Positions 9,219-18,746 are shown, numbered from the stretch's first letter. The stretch: DNA of 64,000 nucleotides from a candidate division WWE3 bacterium (GCA_014729135.1 WJKK01000001.1:730919-794918), one strand, 5' to 3'. The notes: generated from the letters alone by a model not told the origin. Translations and numbers: made by a program.

Positions 9219-9826
9219 TAAAACCCTTTCTTTAAAGCCTCCCCGTTATAAGTAATGGAAATCACGTAATCTACAGTGGAATCGTTAGAATTTAAGGTCA
9301 CTGAGTTTAGGTAGGCCGTTTTAAAAATTGGAGTTTTTGAAGCACTTGGAGTTGATTCGTTAATAGAAGGATCTAAAACCTCCTGTTTATTTAAGTTAGC
9401 TAAAAATTCAGAAACCAGTAAGTAATTGGAGGCTCTTCCCGACACCGAAAGCTCCGAAGGTCCTTCAAAAGAAAAGGACGTCACCTCCACACCCTCCGGA
9501 ATACGCGAATTAAAATCCGCTAACAAATCCGAATAATACAGTCGAGAATTTAAAATCCCCGACAAAGCCTGATACTTTTTATACAAATTACGTGCCACAA
9601 TTTCCGTTGAAGCCATTCCCTTAATTTCAGAACGCGCCTTCTCAATACGGGATTCCTCCACTTCTATCTGCTTTTTTAAATCAGCTACCTTGAAATAAAA
9701 GTAAGCGCTAACACCGGCAACCAAAACAAACAAAACAATAGAAATAATTGAACTAAACTTAATAGCCTTAGTTTTAAACTGCTCAACTTTTTCTTCTTTT
9801 GTTAGTAAGTTTATGTCTGAATTCAT
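9218..9826 (-). CDS. pilN: Type IV pilus assembly protein PilN-like
   Basis: Short cytoplasmic N-terminus, one TM ('IISIVLFVLVAGVSAYFYF'), a coiled-coil, and the characteristic position after pilM. Confidence 0.55.
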   Translation of the reverse strand: MNSDINLLTKEEKVEQFKTKAIKFSSIISIVLFVLVAGVSAYFYFKVADLKKQIEVEESRIEKARSEIKGMASTEIVARNLYKKYQALSGILNSRLYYSDLLADFNSRIPEGVEVTSFSFEGPSELSVSGRASNYLLVSEFLANLNKQEVLDPSINESTPSASKTPIFKTAYLNSVTLNSNDSTVDYVISITYNGEALKKGF

Positions 9827-9886
9827 TTTTTCCTTTTTAAAACTTCCCGTAACTTCCGCCTAAAAATCCTCCGGCTACCGCAAACC

Positions 9887-10954
9887 CTAAGAAACCTTCA
9901 TGGCCAATCCCACAGGAACAGCATAAATAGGGCCTTTCCTATGAAAATCATCCTTAGAAGTATCTACCGAATCCAAATTTAAATTTGTCCAGGGATTAGC
10001 CAGCTCCACCTCCACGTCAAAATTATTCACCATGTATAAAAGTAAACCGGGCATAAGGGCAGTTTCTCCTGAAACAACTATCTTATTTATTCTAACATTT
10101 GGATTGTGTGTCGTAAAAAACACTTTAGACTTTTTAATTTCTGATATAAGCCGATCAAATAAGGGATGCAGGGCCTCATAAACTTTGCCTTCTACTTTGG
10201 ATTTGTCCAGACCGTAGCTATTCTTGTATTCTTTAGCACGAGTCATATCCAAATCCATTTTTTGGGCTAGGCTCTTTGTAAGCGTCAGATCTCCAAGAGG
10301 AATAGTGCGTGTTAAGATCACAAAACCTTTATAGGCCAAAACTATTAGAGTCTCTTTGGGACCAATTTCTATAACTAGCTCTGCCCCGGTAGCATGCATG
10401 TCGCCTCCTAAAGCACGTGTCATGGAAAGGGATTCGGGCTCTAAGGCACGCGGAGTTAGCCCAGCCTCTTTAACGATTTGTATGTATTTTTGAGATACAG
10501 TTTTTTTAGCGGCTACTAGCAAAACGCTTGTTTTATCCTGATCCTCTAGATCCAAGTTCATAACGGCATAACCAAGTGTCACCTCCTCCAAGGGAAGGGG
10601 GATGTACTGTTCGGACTCGTATTTAATAAAGTTATCTAGGTCTTTTTTGCTCATATGAGGAACTTTTATGGTTCTAACAAAGACCTGATCTTGAGGAAGA
10701 CTTACAATTGCATCAGTTGATTCAAAGTTAAAGTCAAAGAGAAACTTTTTTAGCTCTCTAGAATAGTGAGTACGGTTTTCTTCATTTTCTATATCTAAAG
10801 TAAAATTGGGCATCTCATGGGATCCCCAATTTAAGAGTGAGTTTTTGGATTTTTTCTTTTCAACTTCAACAGCACTAAAACCGTTAGTTTTAAGGTGAAG
10901 ACCTAGGGCAGACATATTTATATGATAATGCTTAAGGCTCCTTTTATCAATCAA
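9887..10954 (-). CDS. pilM: Type IV pilus assembly ATPase-fold protein PilM
   Basis: 355 aa with an actin-like fold pattern ('LVIEIGPKETLIVL', 'IVVSGETALMPGL'). First gene of the pilMNO trio. True start may be an internal Met. Confidence 0.65.
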   Translation of the reverse strand: MIDKRSLKHYHINMSALGLHLKTNGFSAVEVEKKKSKNSLLNWGSHEMPNFTLDIENEENRTHYSRELKKFLFDFNFESTDAIVSLPQDQVFVRTIKVPHMSKKDLDNFIKYESEQYIPLPLEEVTLGYAVMNLDLEDQDKTSVLLVAAKKTVSQKYIQIVKEAGLTPRALEPESLSMTRALGGDMHATGAELVIEIGPKETLIVLAYKGFVILTRTIPLGDLTLTKSLAQKMDLDMTRAKEYKNSYGLDKSKVEGKVYEALHPLFDRLISEIKKSKVFFTTHNPNVRINKIVVSGETALMPGLLLYMVNNFDVEVELANPWTNLNLDSVDTSKDDFHRKGPIYAVPVGLAMKVS

Positions 10955-11035
10955 TTACTTGTTAAGAAGAAGACTAGAAAAGATTTTCAGTTTTACACTC
11001 TAAAACGAAGAGTAAAGAGTTTAGAAACAGTAAAC

Positions 11036-11587
11036 TTAGTAGGAACCCCTCACAGTAAAGGTATCGCTTATGTAGTCCTCTGCTGCAAAGATGCTTCCAA
11101 CAGGGGCATTAACTTGAAAGATGTGAAGATTAACATCAACTCTATCGGGAACTCCCGCTGCAGATGTGACCTGAAAACAAGAACCCGCACATTCTACAGC
11201 CACCCCTCTCTCGGCATCTACATCCAAAAGAGATACAGGGGATCCTGTTTGATCCTGCCAAGTAAAAGATGTGGGAGCAGTGGTATTATCCACTTGGTAG
11301 GTTATTCTATAACCATTACGCTTAGTTAAACGCAAAGTTCTATTGTTTCCTGTTGCTTGAGCCGAAACCGAATTTTTGATGTCGTTTTGCAGTTTTAAAA
11401 AGATAAAGTTGGTAATCTGCTCTACTTCGTTAGCTGCTTGAGTTCTAGTATTAGTGCGTACAAGTGTAATTATTATGTCAGTCGACAATCCTATTACAAC
11501 TGATAAAAGGGCCACAGACACTAACAATTCCACAAGTGTAAAACCTTTAGTATTTTTAGTTTGTTTTTTGTTTTTGCTTACAACCAT
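11036..11587 (-). CDS. Minor pilin / pseudopilin (PilW/GspJ-like)
   Basis: '[21 protein letters not shown]' prepilin N-terminus. Confidence 0.6.
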   Translation of the reverse strand: MVVSKNKKQTKNTKGFTLVELLVSVALLSVVIGLSTDIIITLVRTNTRTQAANEVEQITNFIFLKLQNDIKNSVSAQATGNNRTLRLTKRNGYRITYQVDNTTAPTSFTWQDQTGSPVSLLDVDAERGVAVECAGSCFQVTSAAGVPDRVDVNLHIFQVNAPVGSIFAAEDYISDTFTVRGSY

Positions 11588-11593
11588 GAAGTC

Positions 11594-12178
11594 CTAACGA
11601 ACACTCCAATTGGATAACTGCGAGTAATTATGTGTAAATTTTGTTTCTCCACCAATTTCCCAGGTAGAAACGGCTATAACATTAATTACCTCAGTATTTC
11701 CGGAAACTGTTTCAAAGTAAATACAGGAGGTTATACCGTCAGATGCAGCAGGCAAACCTTCAACAAGCGAAATTCCGTCATTAATGTAGCAAGATCCTGC
11801 ATCAGAACAGTCAGTAGTGCAATTTAATCCGGATGCATAAAGATAGAAGTCCTCCCAAGTTGCGGACGTAATGTAGTCATCCCGCAAAGCTCGTGCTCTT
11901 TCAAGCTGTTGATTAGTTAGGCGAGTTCCCTTTACAAGACGCTCATTAACTGTGGAGGTTCTCAGCGTAAAAACTGCTAAGGAAACCATGGCTGTTACAA
12001 TAATTATACCCACCCCTAAAGCTATGATGACTTCCACCAAACCTATCCCTTCCTCCCTTGACTTTTTTGCTAGGCAATTTCCAGGGATTATCCTTGGTTG
12101 AAATACGCCTTCTCTCTCTAAAGAGAGGCGAAAGTGCGTTTGGGACAAAGGATGATCCTTGCAAACCTTTAAGGACAT
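11594..12178 (-). CDS. Minor pilin / pseudopilin (PilV-like)
   Basis: 'EEGIGLVEVIIALGVGIIIVTAMVSL' prepilin-type helix with Glu at +5. Long leader; start uncertain. Confidence 0.5.
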   Translation of the reverse strand: MSLKVCKDHPLSQTHFRLSLEREGVFQPRIIPGNCLAKKSREEGIGLVEVIIALGVGIIIVTAMVSLAVFTLRTSTVNERLVKGTRLTNQQLERARALRDDYITSATWEDFYLYASGLNCTTDCSDAGSCYINDGISLVEGLPAASDGITSCIYFETVSGNTEVINVIAVSTWEIGGETKFTHNYSQLSNWSVR

Positions 12179-12702
12179 GTAACTCCCTCTTCAACTAAAA
12201 GCCCTCCCGGAGTATTTGCCAAAATAGAAACACATTCAGCACCGGTTGCATCGGATTCTCCAATAATTACAAAACAATTAGATCCGTTTGCATCACAGGG
12301 GGTTGCCGGACTCCCTCCTGTTGTGTAAGCGTTTCCTGTAAACATGTCAAAAAGAATAACGTTGGAATTTTTAACCTCAATATCTCCTATTAAGGGATCA
12401 AACGTATCCTCTTTGCTAAAGGAGTCCAAGGCTTCCGAAAACGTGTATAAATCATAGGCATTGGTTCCATCTGCAAATTGAACACCCCAATAACCCACGC
12501 CGGCATCGGCAGATTTTAGGCCACCCAAAGCATTGTTTTGGGCTGAACGAAGGCTATCTTTTAGTTGCGCTGTAGACTGTTTTAAGTTTTGGTTTCTTGT
12601 GTAATTGGTAAATCCGGGAATAGCAGCACCGGCTAGGATTGTTATGAGAGAAACTACAATTAAAAGTTCTACAAAGGTGTAACCATGGACAGATTGTTGC
12701 AT
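12169..12702 (-). CDS. Minor pilin / pseudopilin (FimT/GspH-like)
   Basis: 'VHGYTFVELLIVVSLITILAGAAIP' motif. Start moved to the internal Met so it does not overlap the upstream pilin gene. Confidence 0.55.
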   Translation of the reverse strand: MQQSVHGYTFVELLIVVSLITILAGAAIPGFTNYTRNQNLKQSTAQLKDSLRSAQNNALGGLKSADAGVGYWGVQFADGTNAYDLYTFSEALDSFSKEDTFDPLIGDIEVKNSNVILFDMFTGNAYTTGGSPATPCDANGSNCFVIIGESDATGAECVSILANTPGGLLVEEGVTCP

Positions 12703-12758
12703 GGATTTATGATAGCACAATCTAGGGATAGGGGAGGGGCTAACGGAGAAAAAGGGAT

Positions 12759-13202
12759 TTAGGGATTGGTGACGCCGTAACAGGGATCGTAGTTGTCGGT
12801 AGAGGAACAACCCACGCCATTACCGGAGGAGGTTATTTCTACTTGAGATACTATTGTATAAGTGGAGCCATCAGAGGAGTTGTAAAGGTAAGGAGAGCTT
12901 GCTCCGGAGGGGTCTTGAGGAACGGGATTCATGTAGCTTGATAAAGCAGCAACTCCCGAAATATCTGCCCAGGAATGCGGATTAGGATACACTCGATTGT
13001 CTGCAAAGTACAATTCCAAACCTGCTTGAATACGCTTTAAATCAGCAATTCTTTGCTTGTCACGCGTTTTAGCACGCAACGCCTGTGGATTTAGTACTTG
13101 CAAAACTATACCGGACAAAATTGCAATAATAGAAACCGTTATCATCAGCTCTATTAAAGTAAATCCTTTTTTATTTTTTAGATTTTTAAGTCTTTTTAAC
13201 AT
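12759..13202 (-). CDS. Type IV pilin / pseudopilin
   Basis: 'KKGFTLIELMITVSIIAILSGIV' prepilin N-terminus. Confidence 0.7.
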   Translation of the reverse strand: MLKRLKNLKNKKGFTLIELMITVSIIAILSGIVLQVLNPQALRAKTRDKQRIADLKRIQAGLELYFADNRVYPNPHSWADISGVAALSSYMNPVPQDPSGASSPYLYNSSDGSTYTIVSQVEITSSGNGVGCSSTDNYDPCYGVTNP

Positions 13203-13213
13203 AGGTCACACAA

Positions 13214-13238
13214 CCGCCCCCAAGAGGGGGCAGTTTTT
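13214..13238. terminator. GC-rich hairpin + T-run between major pilin gene and next pilin gene
   Basis: ccgccccc-aaga-gggggcag, then TTTTT on the + strand. An A-run precedes it on the - strand, so it could act in both directions. Confidence 0.4.
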
Positions 13239-13247
13239 ATGATTAAA

Positions 13248-13688
13248 TTAGTCGATCACACAAGTTCCAACAGGAGCTACCTGTGTAGCAGCACCAGTCG
13301 TAGTGTTATAAGTGCACTGGAACGAACAGGTCGGAGAAGCGGCTGCATCTGCCCCTGTAACTGTGATTGTGGGTGCGGAATAGCTGACCGAATAGCTTGA
13401 ACCGGTGGGTGTGCCACTAGGATCATTAACACCAACATCTGAGAGAGTCACACAATCGGTACCGGGAGCCTGCCTGGAAGCAGCACAAGCATGCATGGCT
13501 AAACAAATCTTATCTGTGTTAGCACGCAAAACGGTCTGATTAGCCTTAGTTCTGGTCTCCGCAGGATTAATAACTGAAATAACAACTCCAGCTAAAATAC
13601 CAATAATAACGATAACAATTAAAAGCTCGATAAGTGTGAAACCTTCCTCACGTGAACTCTTTGTCCAAAAATTAAATTTTTTATTCAC
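13248..13688 (-). CDS. Type IV major pilin candidate
   Basis: 'EEGFTLIELLIVIVIIGILAGVV' N-terminus. 146 aa, Cys pair near the C-terminus, followed by a hairpin. First pilin of the operon, after the PilX-like gene. Confidence 0.7.
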   Translation of the reverse strand: MNKKFNFWTKSSREEGFTLIELLIVIVIIGILAGVVISVINPAETRTKANQTVLRANTDKICLAMHACAASRQAPGTDCVTLSDVGVNDPSGTPTGSSYSVSYSAPTITVTGADAAASPTCSFQCTYNTTTGAATQVAPVGTCVID

Positions 13689-13918
13689 TCTTACTTCACC
13701 TCCTTTTAAAACAAACTAATAAACTAATAATAGTCTTTAAATCAAATAAAGTTTTTCACTGAAAATAAGAAAAAATCAAAATAAGTTGCAAGAGAATAAA
13801 AAACTCCCGGGAAGGAAAAACTAAAATGTATTGCACTAAAACAATTGGAGTAGGCAGGTTTCATATAAAACAAGTATCCTATCTTAAAAGCAACCTGTCA
13901 AATAAAAACTCCGAAAGC

Positions 13919-14812
13919 CTAATTAGTAGAAATTCCATCAGCTGCAAAAACTCCAAATAAGAACCCGGAAGGCAAGTGGGGAAGTGATCTGCGAGCTGTT
14001 ACAACCTTAGTAACAACTTCAGCTCCTTCTTGTAAAAGTTCTCCTTGGGACGTGATTCTATATCCTAAAGTATCAAAAGAACCATCTAAAGGCTCCAAAG
14101 CAAAGTCACCGCGTTCATTTAAAGCTACAAAAGCTAGTGACTTATCGTCTCCGGAAGGGACTGTAACTTCATAACCGGTGTATCCGGAATCAGTGCAGTT
14201 GGCGTCTGAGGAAGCTACTGTTCCTGCTGTAGAGCCGGTGTAACAAGTAGAACCATTACCGCAAATTAAACCTTTTTCCCAGCCGGATCCGTCAGCGCCT
14301 CCGGTTAGAACGTAAAACACATCGGTGTCCCCTCGCCAACAAATGCTGACACCTCCGGAATAACTACCCAAAGGAATTGAGTTTACTTCTCCGGCTCCGG
14401 TGGAAACATAGTGAAAACCTGTATCGCTGTCACCAATGTATTCCTCTACCTTTACAACAGCACGTGAATTTATGGCATCATTCTCGGAGGAGGGGAATGT
14501 AACGATACAGTCGGCAGGAGGACTCTCAAGGGAAGTACAAGTGCCGGAAGCCCCTTCTAACTCCGGCGTGGTGTAGGACAGAAAGTGCTCAACGCCTCCT
14601 TCTGCAGCTGCTAAAACTCTAGAGGCTGTATCAGTTGTAGAAGTTCGCGAAACCGAGGAAAGTGTACGCAAGGAAGTGCTAACACCTACAGAAAGCGCAA
14701 CCGTTAAAGCTACAATTACAAATAAAAGTGTTTGACCTTCTTGACCTTCCCGTGATTGAGCTACTTTATTTTTGTTTTCTAAATGTTTATTTTTTAACGC
14801 CATAAAATCCAT
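13919..14812 (-). CDS. PilX-like / pilus-associated membrane-anchored secreted protein
   Basis: Hydrophobic N-terminal helix 'TLLFVIVALTVALSVGV' with no +5 Glu. Ser/Thr/Gly-rich ectodomain. Lies between the giant protein and the major pilin. Confidence 0.3.
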   Translation of the reverse strand: MDFMALKNKHLENKNKVAQSREGQEGQTLLFVIVALTVALSVGVSTSLRTLSSVSRTSTTDTASRVLAAAEGGVEHFLSYTTPELEGASGTCTSLESPPADCIVTFPSSENDAINSRAVVKVEEYIGDSDTGFHYVSTGAGEVNSIPLGSYSGGVSICWRGDTDVFYVLTGGADGSGWEKGLICGNGSTCYTGSTAGTVASSDANCTDSGYTGYEVTVPSGDDKSLAFVALNERGDFALEPLDGSFDTLGYRITSQGELLQEGAEVVTKVVTARRSLPHLPSGFLFGVFAADGISTN

Positions 14813-14827
14813 ATCTAAACCCCCTTA

Positions 14828-17800
14828 CTACTCCTCAACTTCCCAAGAAATATCTACTAAACTTAAAAACAGACTTTCAAAGTCGGTTCCTGCTGCCACA
14901 CTATCCATAAGCTGTTTGTGCAAATAATAAGCATAAGCAGGATCATAATGAACGGCAACTCCGGGATACATGTTTCGCAACTCACCCAAGTCGTTGAATG
15001 TACGGTTGCGGTTAAAGTTCATAGTACCTCCTGAAATAAAAGCACCTTCTAAAACTAGCGAAGTGTCTCCCGGGTCGTCAATTTCTTCATTTTCAAATTC
15101 AACAGAGGGGAAGTTTATGTCACCTAGGGCAAAAACAGAGGCTCCTATTGTGACATCAGAGGCATCTCCGGCGGGAACGTCTACACCCAATTCTTCGGAG
15201 AAAGTCACACCTCCATTAACAACGAGCAAAATCTTTCTATTGTCATTACCGCTGTAAAAGGGCTCCTCAAAAGTGATGTCGCCATCAATATAGATCACAA
15301 CCACACCATCAGAAGCAATATCACCGGAATAATCTCCCTCGCCTCCGATGTCTGCTAAAACGTCTTCAAAAGTGGAAGCAGACATGGAATAGACCATTGT
15401 GGGGTCTAAACCGGAAAAGTCTTCTGTAGAACTAATGTCCGCAAACTCCCCACCGGATAAGTCACCGGAGGCAATTGCCAGAAAAAGGGGAGAAGAAGCA
15501 TAGCCGTACTCAGGGGCGGAAGAGATGGCACTATTACTGTCAGAGCTTTCAACGTCAGATAAGTCTCCCGCAGATAGGGCAAAATCATCTGTCATGTAGT
15601 TGTCATAAACTCCGGGGGTTTCGGGGGTAATCATTGTAATAGCACTTCCGGAGTAAACACCTCCATTAACTACGGTAAACCAACCATCTAAAGCGGAGGT
15701 AAGCTCGTAACCTAGATTAATGGTTACATTACCGGGTACTGTGTAAGGTCCTGTGGCTAAAAGCCCCGGCCCTACACTTAAGGTTCCCGGAGTAACACAG
15801 CCCAGCTGAAAGTTTGTGTCTGTTGGGGCATCCAGGTCGTCCAATTCCAGATACATACCTGTAACATCAGAACCAACAGGGAAGGCGTCACTCTGATTAT
15901 TACTACTATATGCTCCTGTACCGGAATCTATACTAAACTCAAAGTTTTGTTGCGGATCAACAGGATCCGGAACTTCTGCGGTCATTGTAAGATCCGGAGA
16001 TGAAGCAAAATAAGCTAAAGTTTCTCCTTCAGCAGGATTGCAGGTAGTAGTGTCAGAAACAGTGGCGTCGAAAATGGTCCCGGAAATTTGCGGATACCGT
16101 AAAGTTACATTTTTGCTACAAGTAACACTAGCCTCACAAGAAGAATCGCTTAGGTTATCTGAAACTTCCAAAGATATAGGGGCGGAAAATCCACAAGAAG
16201 ATTCGTAAAAATTAGGGGCTGTATAAGAAGTGGAAATTTGTCCTGTAGAAACTCCTGAGGCTTGCTCAGGATTAAAAGAACCCAAGCAAGTAAGAGGTGT
16301 GGAACTCCAAGAATAATCCATATTGTAAGTATCGGAAATAGTGGAAGTGTAAAGCTCAGTGTCTCCAAAAAGTACTGTGCCAGAACCACTTATTGCTGTA
16401 CAGGAGGGGGTATCATTTTTTTGGATAGTGGTTCCTGCACAAAAAACCTGGGAACTATCATCACAGTTATCTGCGTAGGCGTGTATATGAACAGTTCCAT
16501 ATCCTGGATGATTCGCCAAGTTTACAGTTGCTTTCCAAGTGTTCCCACCTACATTAGAAGCCGAATACCGTACAATATCATCTTGACCACCTGTAGCCGT
16601 CCAAGTAGGAAATTTCACTGTCTCAGCGTTGGACACATTGTTAATATAAATATCCACTGTTGAATCAGAACCCAAAACGCAATCAACGCCAGAGCCGTCT
16701 TGCGTAACGGTAATGGAACTAGAACCACAAGTTGGAGCGGAACTATAACCACAATCATCTCCGCCGCCGCCACAATCACCGTCTGCAGGAAGACACGCGG
16801 AAATACCCTGACCACCCCCACAAGGGTCTGTTGGAAGCCACCGAGGATCACAGGTAGAATGGCACGTATCGCGTATATCACCGCATGTCCAATCACAGGA
16901 ACAGTTTGGGGGATCTTCTGGATCTTCTGGAGGGTCTTCAGGGTCAGGATTTACCCAATGACAATTCCAAGAGTCGCAGGAATAGGCACGTAAATCGACG
17001 CAACCGCCATAACTGGGCTCATAATAACAAGGATTCTGGCCAGTAGCACAGGTATCACAATAGGGGTCACCCTCCTCGCATTCACAGACAGTAGTACAAG
17101 GGGTGCCCGAACAATAAGCATATCCCCTCTTCAGAACCCCTAAACCCTCCAGGAAACCAATTAAACCACCATTCTTAGAAATATCCACCAAACCAACATC
17201 AGCATTCAAAGCCGTAAAAAACTCCTCGGGAGGAGAGTAATTAGATGAAACGACCTCAAAATCAGACGTCAAATAATCAACGCCCTGATAAAGCAACCCG
17301 CTAAAAATCTTCTCAGCCACAACTTCATTGCTTTGCAAAACAGCAGGCGAAATGCTAACTTCTAAAACAACATCTTCATCCTGCGCCAGAAAATTCAAAC
17401 CCATCTCCACATCTGTCCCCGAAAAAATCTTGGCGGAACTCAAATCATCCGTTAAATAAATCGTCAAAGTTTCAGGTGTAACATATTTCGGTGGAACCTC
17501 AGAGTCATTTTGCAAATACGTCTTGACTTCATCAAGCGAATAGGTGTAACGTGCAGCATTTTCTGTAAAAAAACCTTTAGTGTATAAATAAGCGGAAAAC
17601 TTTTGCTTTCCTGCAGGAGTAAACTCAATTTCAAAATCCTCAATTTGAGACTCTACGCGCACACTATCCTCAAATAAAGAAATATTAGAGTTGTCTCCGG
17701 ATTCCTGTATTTTTGAAAATGGTGAAGGAGTTTCGTCCCGAGAGGGGGATTGATTTGTTTTGGCAGCTCGTGGGGTGTCCTTTAGAAATAGTTTGGAAAT

Positions 17801-17923
17801 TTGTTCTACAGAGAGGGGGAAACTATAAGTGGTTATGGAAAATGTCAAACCTCCAAGCACAAAAATCAATAAAAAGGTCAAAAGGGCTAGAATTTTCAAA
17901 CCTTTAGGCAGTTTCAGCTTCAT
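14828..17923 (-). CDS. Giant (1031 aa) secreted Cys-rich protein, candidate pilus tip adhesin (PilY1-analogous)
   Basis: N-terminal signal/TM 'ILALLTFLLIFVLGGL'. Central cluster of about 40 Cys ('CSGTPCTTVCECEEGDPYCDTCATGQNPCYY...'). 'PEDPPEDPEDPP' linker. First gene of the pilus locus. Confidence 0.35.
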   Translation of the reverse strand: MKLKLPKGLKILALLTFLLIFVLGGLTFSITTYSFPLSVEQISKLFLKDTPRAAKTNQSPSRDETPSPFSKIQESGDNSNISLFEDSVRVESQIEDFEIEFTPAGKQKFSAYLYTKGFFTENAARYTYSLDEVKTYLQNDSEVPPKYVTPETLTIYLTDDLSSAKIFSGTDVEMGLNFLAQDEDVVLEVSISPAVLQSNEVVAEKIFSGLLYQGVDYLTSDFEVVSSNYSPPEEFFTALNADVGLVDISKNGGLIGFLEGLGVLKRGYAYCSGTPCTTVCECEEGDPYCDTCATGQNPCYYEPSYGGCVDLRAYSCDSWNCHWVNPDPEDPPEDPEDPPNCSCDWTCGDIRDTCHSTCDPRWLPTDPCGGGQGISACLPADGDCGGGGDDCGYSSAPTCGSSSITVTQDGSGVDCVLGSDSTVDIYINNVSNAETVKFPTWTATGGQDDIVRYSASNVGGNTWKATVNLANHPGYGTVHIHAYADNCDDSSQVFCAGTTIQKNDTPSCTAISGSGTVLFGDTELYTSTISDTYNMDYSWSSTPLTCLGSFNPEQASGVSTGQISTSYTAPNFYESSCGFSAPISLEVSDNLSDSSCEASVTCSKNVTLRYPQISGTIFDATVSDTTTCNPAEGETLAYFASSPDLTMTAEVPDPVDPQQNFEFSIDSGTGAYSSNNQSDAFPVGSDVTGMYLELDDLDAPTDTNFQLGCVTPGTLSVGPGLLATGPYTVPGNVTINLGYELTSALDGWFTVVNGGVYSGSAITMITPETPGVYDNYMTDDFALSAGDLSDVESSDSNSAISSAPEYGYASSPLFLAIASGDLSGGEFADISSTEDFSGLDPTMVYSMSASTFEDVLADIGGEGDYSGDIASDGVVVIYIDGDITFEEPFYSGNDNRKILLVVNGGVTFSEELGVDVPAGDASDVTIGASVFALGDINFPSVEFENEEIDDPGDTSLVLEGAFISGGTMNFNRNRTFNDLGELRNMYPGVAVHYDPAYAYYLHKQLMDSVAAGTDFESLFLSLVDISWEVEE

Positions 17924-17999
17924 GTTTTTAGTTTAAGAGATTTTTTAGTTGTTGGCAAATTTTTTATGTGTTTTTAGGGGAAATGTTTGATAGAGGGAA

Positions 18000-18033
18000 G
18001 AGGCCGACCCAGACACGTGTCCGTGTCGGCCTC
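18000..18033. repeat. Compound palindrome at the low-GC / high-GC junction
   Basis: gaggccgac (18000-18008) ... gacacgtgtc (perfect 10-bp palindrome, 18012-18021) ... gtcggcctc (18025-18033). The outer arms are exact reverse complements. Confidence 0.6.
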
Positions 18034-18064
18034 AGAAGTCGAAGTTGAAGTTGGGGAGGGGGGT

Positions 18065-18649
18065 CTAGGGGAGGGGGTGCCACCGACCAGCGTCGGAGCT
18101 GGGGATGGAGTAGGCGGCGGGCAATCCGTCAACGTAACGGACGGCAACAGCCGTTCCATCCTCCAGGAGGACAACAGCAGCACCCGCGCCGCCAGGGTAC
18201 TCCGCCAAAGGTGCGCCCATCGGCGACGTGGTCCACCGACCCCACTGATATCCCCAGAGAAGAAAATTGGAGCCGTCGCTACGCCGGAGGGCGTAGGGTT
18301 CGTAAACGACCTCGGCGGGGCAGCTGGCGTCGTCACGCAGGGCCGCGACGAACAGCTGATCTGCCGCAACGGGAACCTTATACCAGGGCGTCTGGTATGC
18401 CGAAACAGCTTCGTCACTCAGGAGCGTGCGCGCCTGCGCCAACCGCTCCTCATAGGCCGCACGGGCGGACGAATCTGGTGCGACGCAGATGGACATGTAC
18501 GTGCCGTCTGCTCGGCGGGTGATCGCCGCGAGCACCGCGTCGGGGTCAACCGCCGGCGGAGCCGAGGAGACACCATTGGGAACGAATAGCACGATAATGA
18601 GAACGACGCATACAGTAATCAACGCCAAACGAACCAGGTTGGTCTTCAT
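18065..18649 (-). CDS. Secreted hypothetical protein encoded in a high-GC island
   Basis: 194 aa from the ATG at 18649, preceded by a perfect SD 'aggaggtg' with a 5-nt spacer. Signal-peptide-like 'LVRLALITVCVVLIIVLFVPNGVSSA'. Codon usage is strongly GC3-biased, unlike the rest of the window. Confidence 0.5.
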   Translation of the reverse strand: MKTNLVRLALITVCVVLIIVLFVPNGVSSAPPAVDPDAVLAAITRRADGTYMSICVAPDSSARAAYEERLAQARTLLSDEAVSAYQTPWYKVPVAADQLFVAALRDDASCPAEVVYEPYALRRSDGSNFLLWGYQWGRWTTSPMGAPLAEYPGGAGAAVVLLEDGTAVAVRYVDGLPAAYSIPSSDAGRWHPLP

Positions 18650-18746
18650 CTTGTCACCTCCTGTGACCATCAGTGCGAAAAGAGCCTGCAACTTCAACTA
18701 TTCAAATTTCAAACTGTCTCGGATTATAGGATAAAACCTCCCAAAT

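Noticed and set aside
17974-18589. Several long ORFs (17974..18417 -, 17987..18589 +, 18211..18522 +, 18489..18734 +) inside the high-GC island
   Set aside because: High GC suppresses stop codons in all frames. Only the minus-strand 18065..18649 frame has an SD, a signal peptide and coherent GC3 bias.
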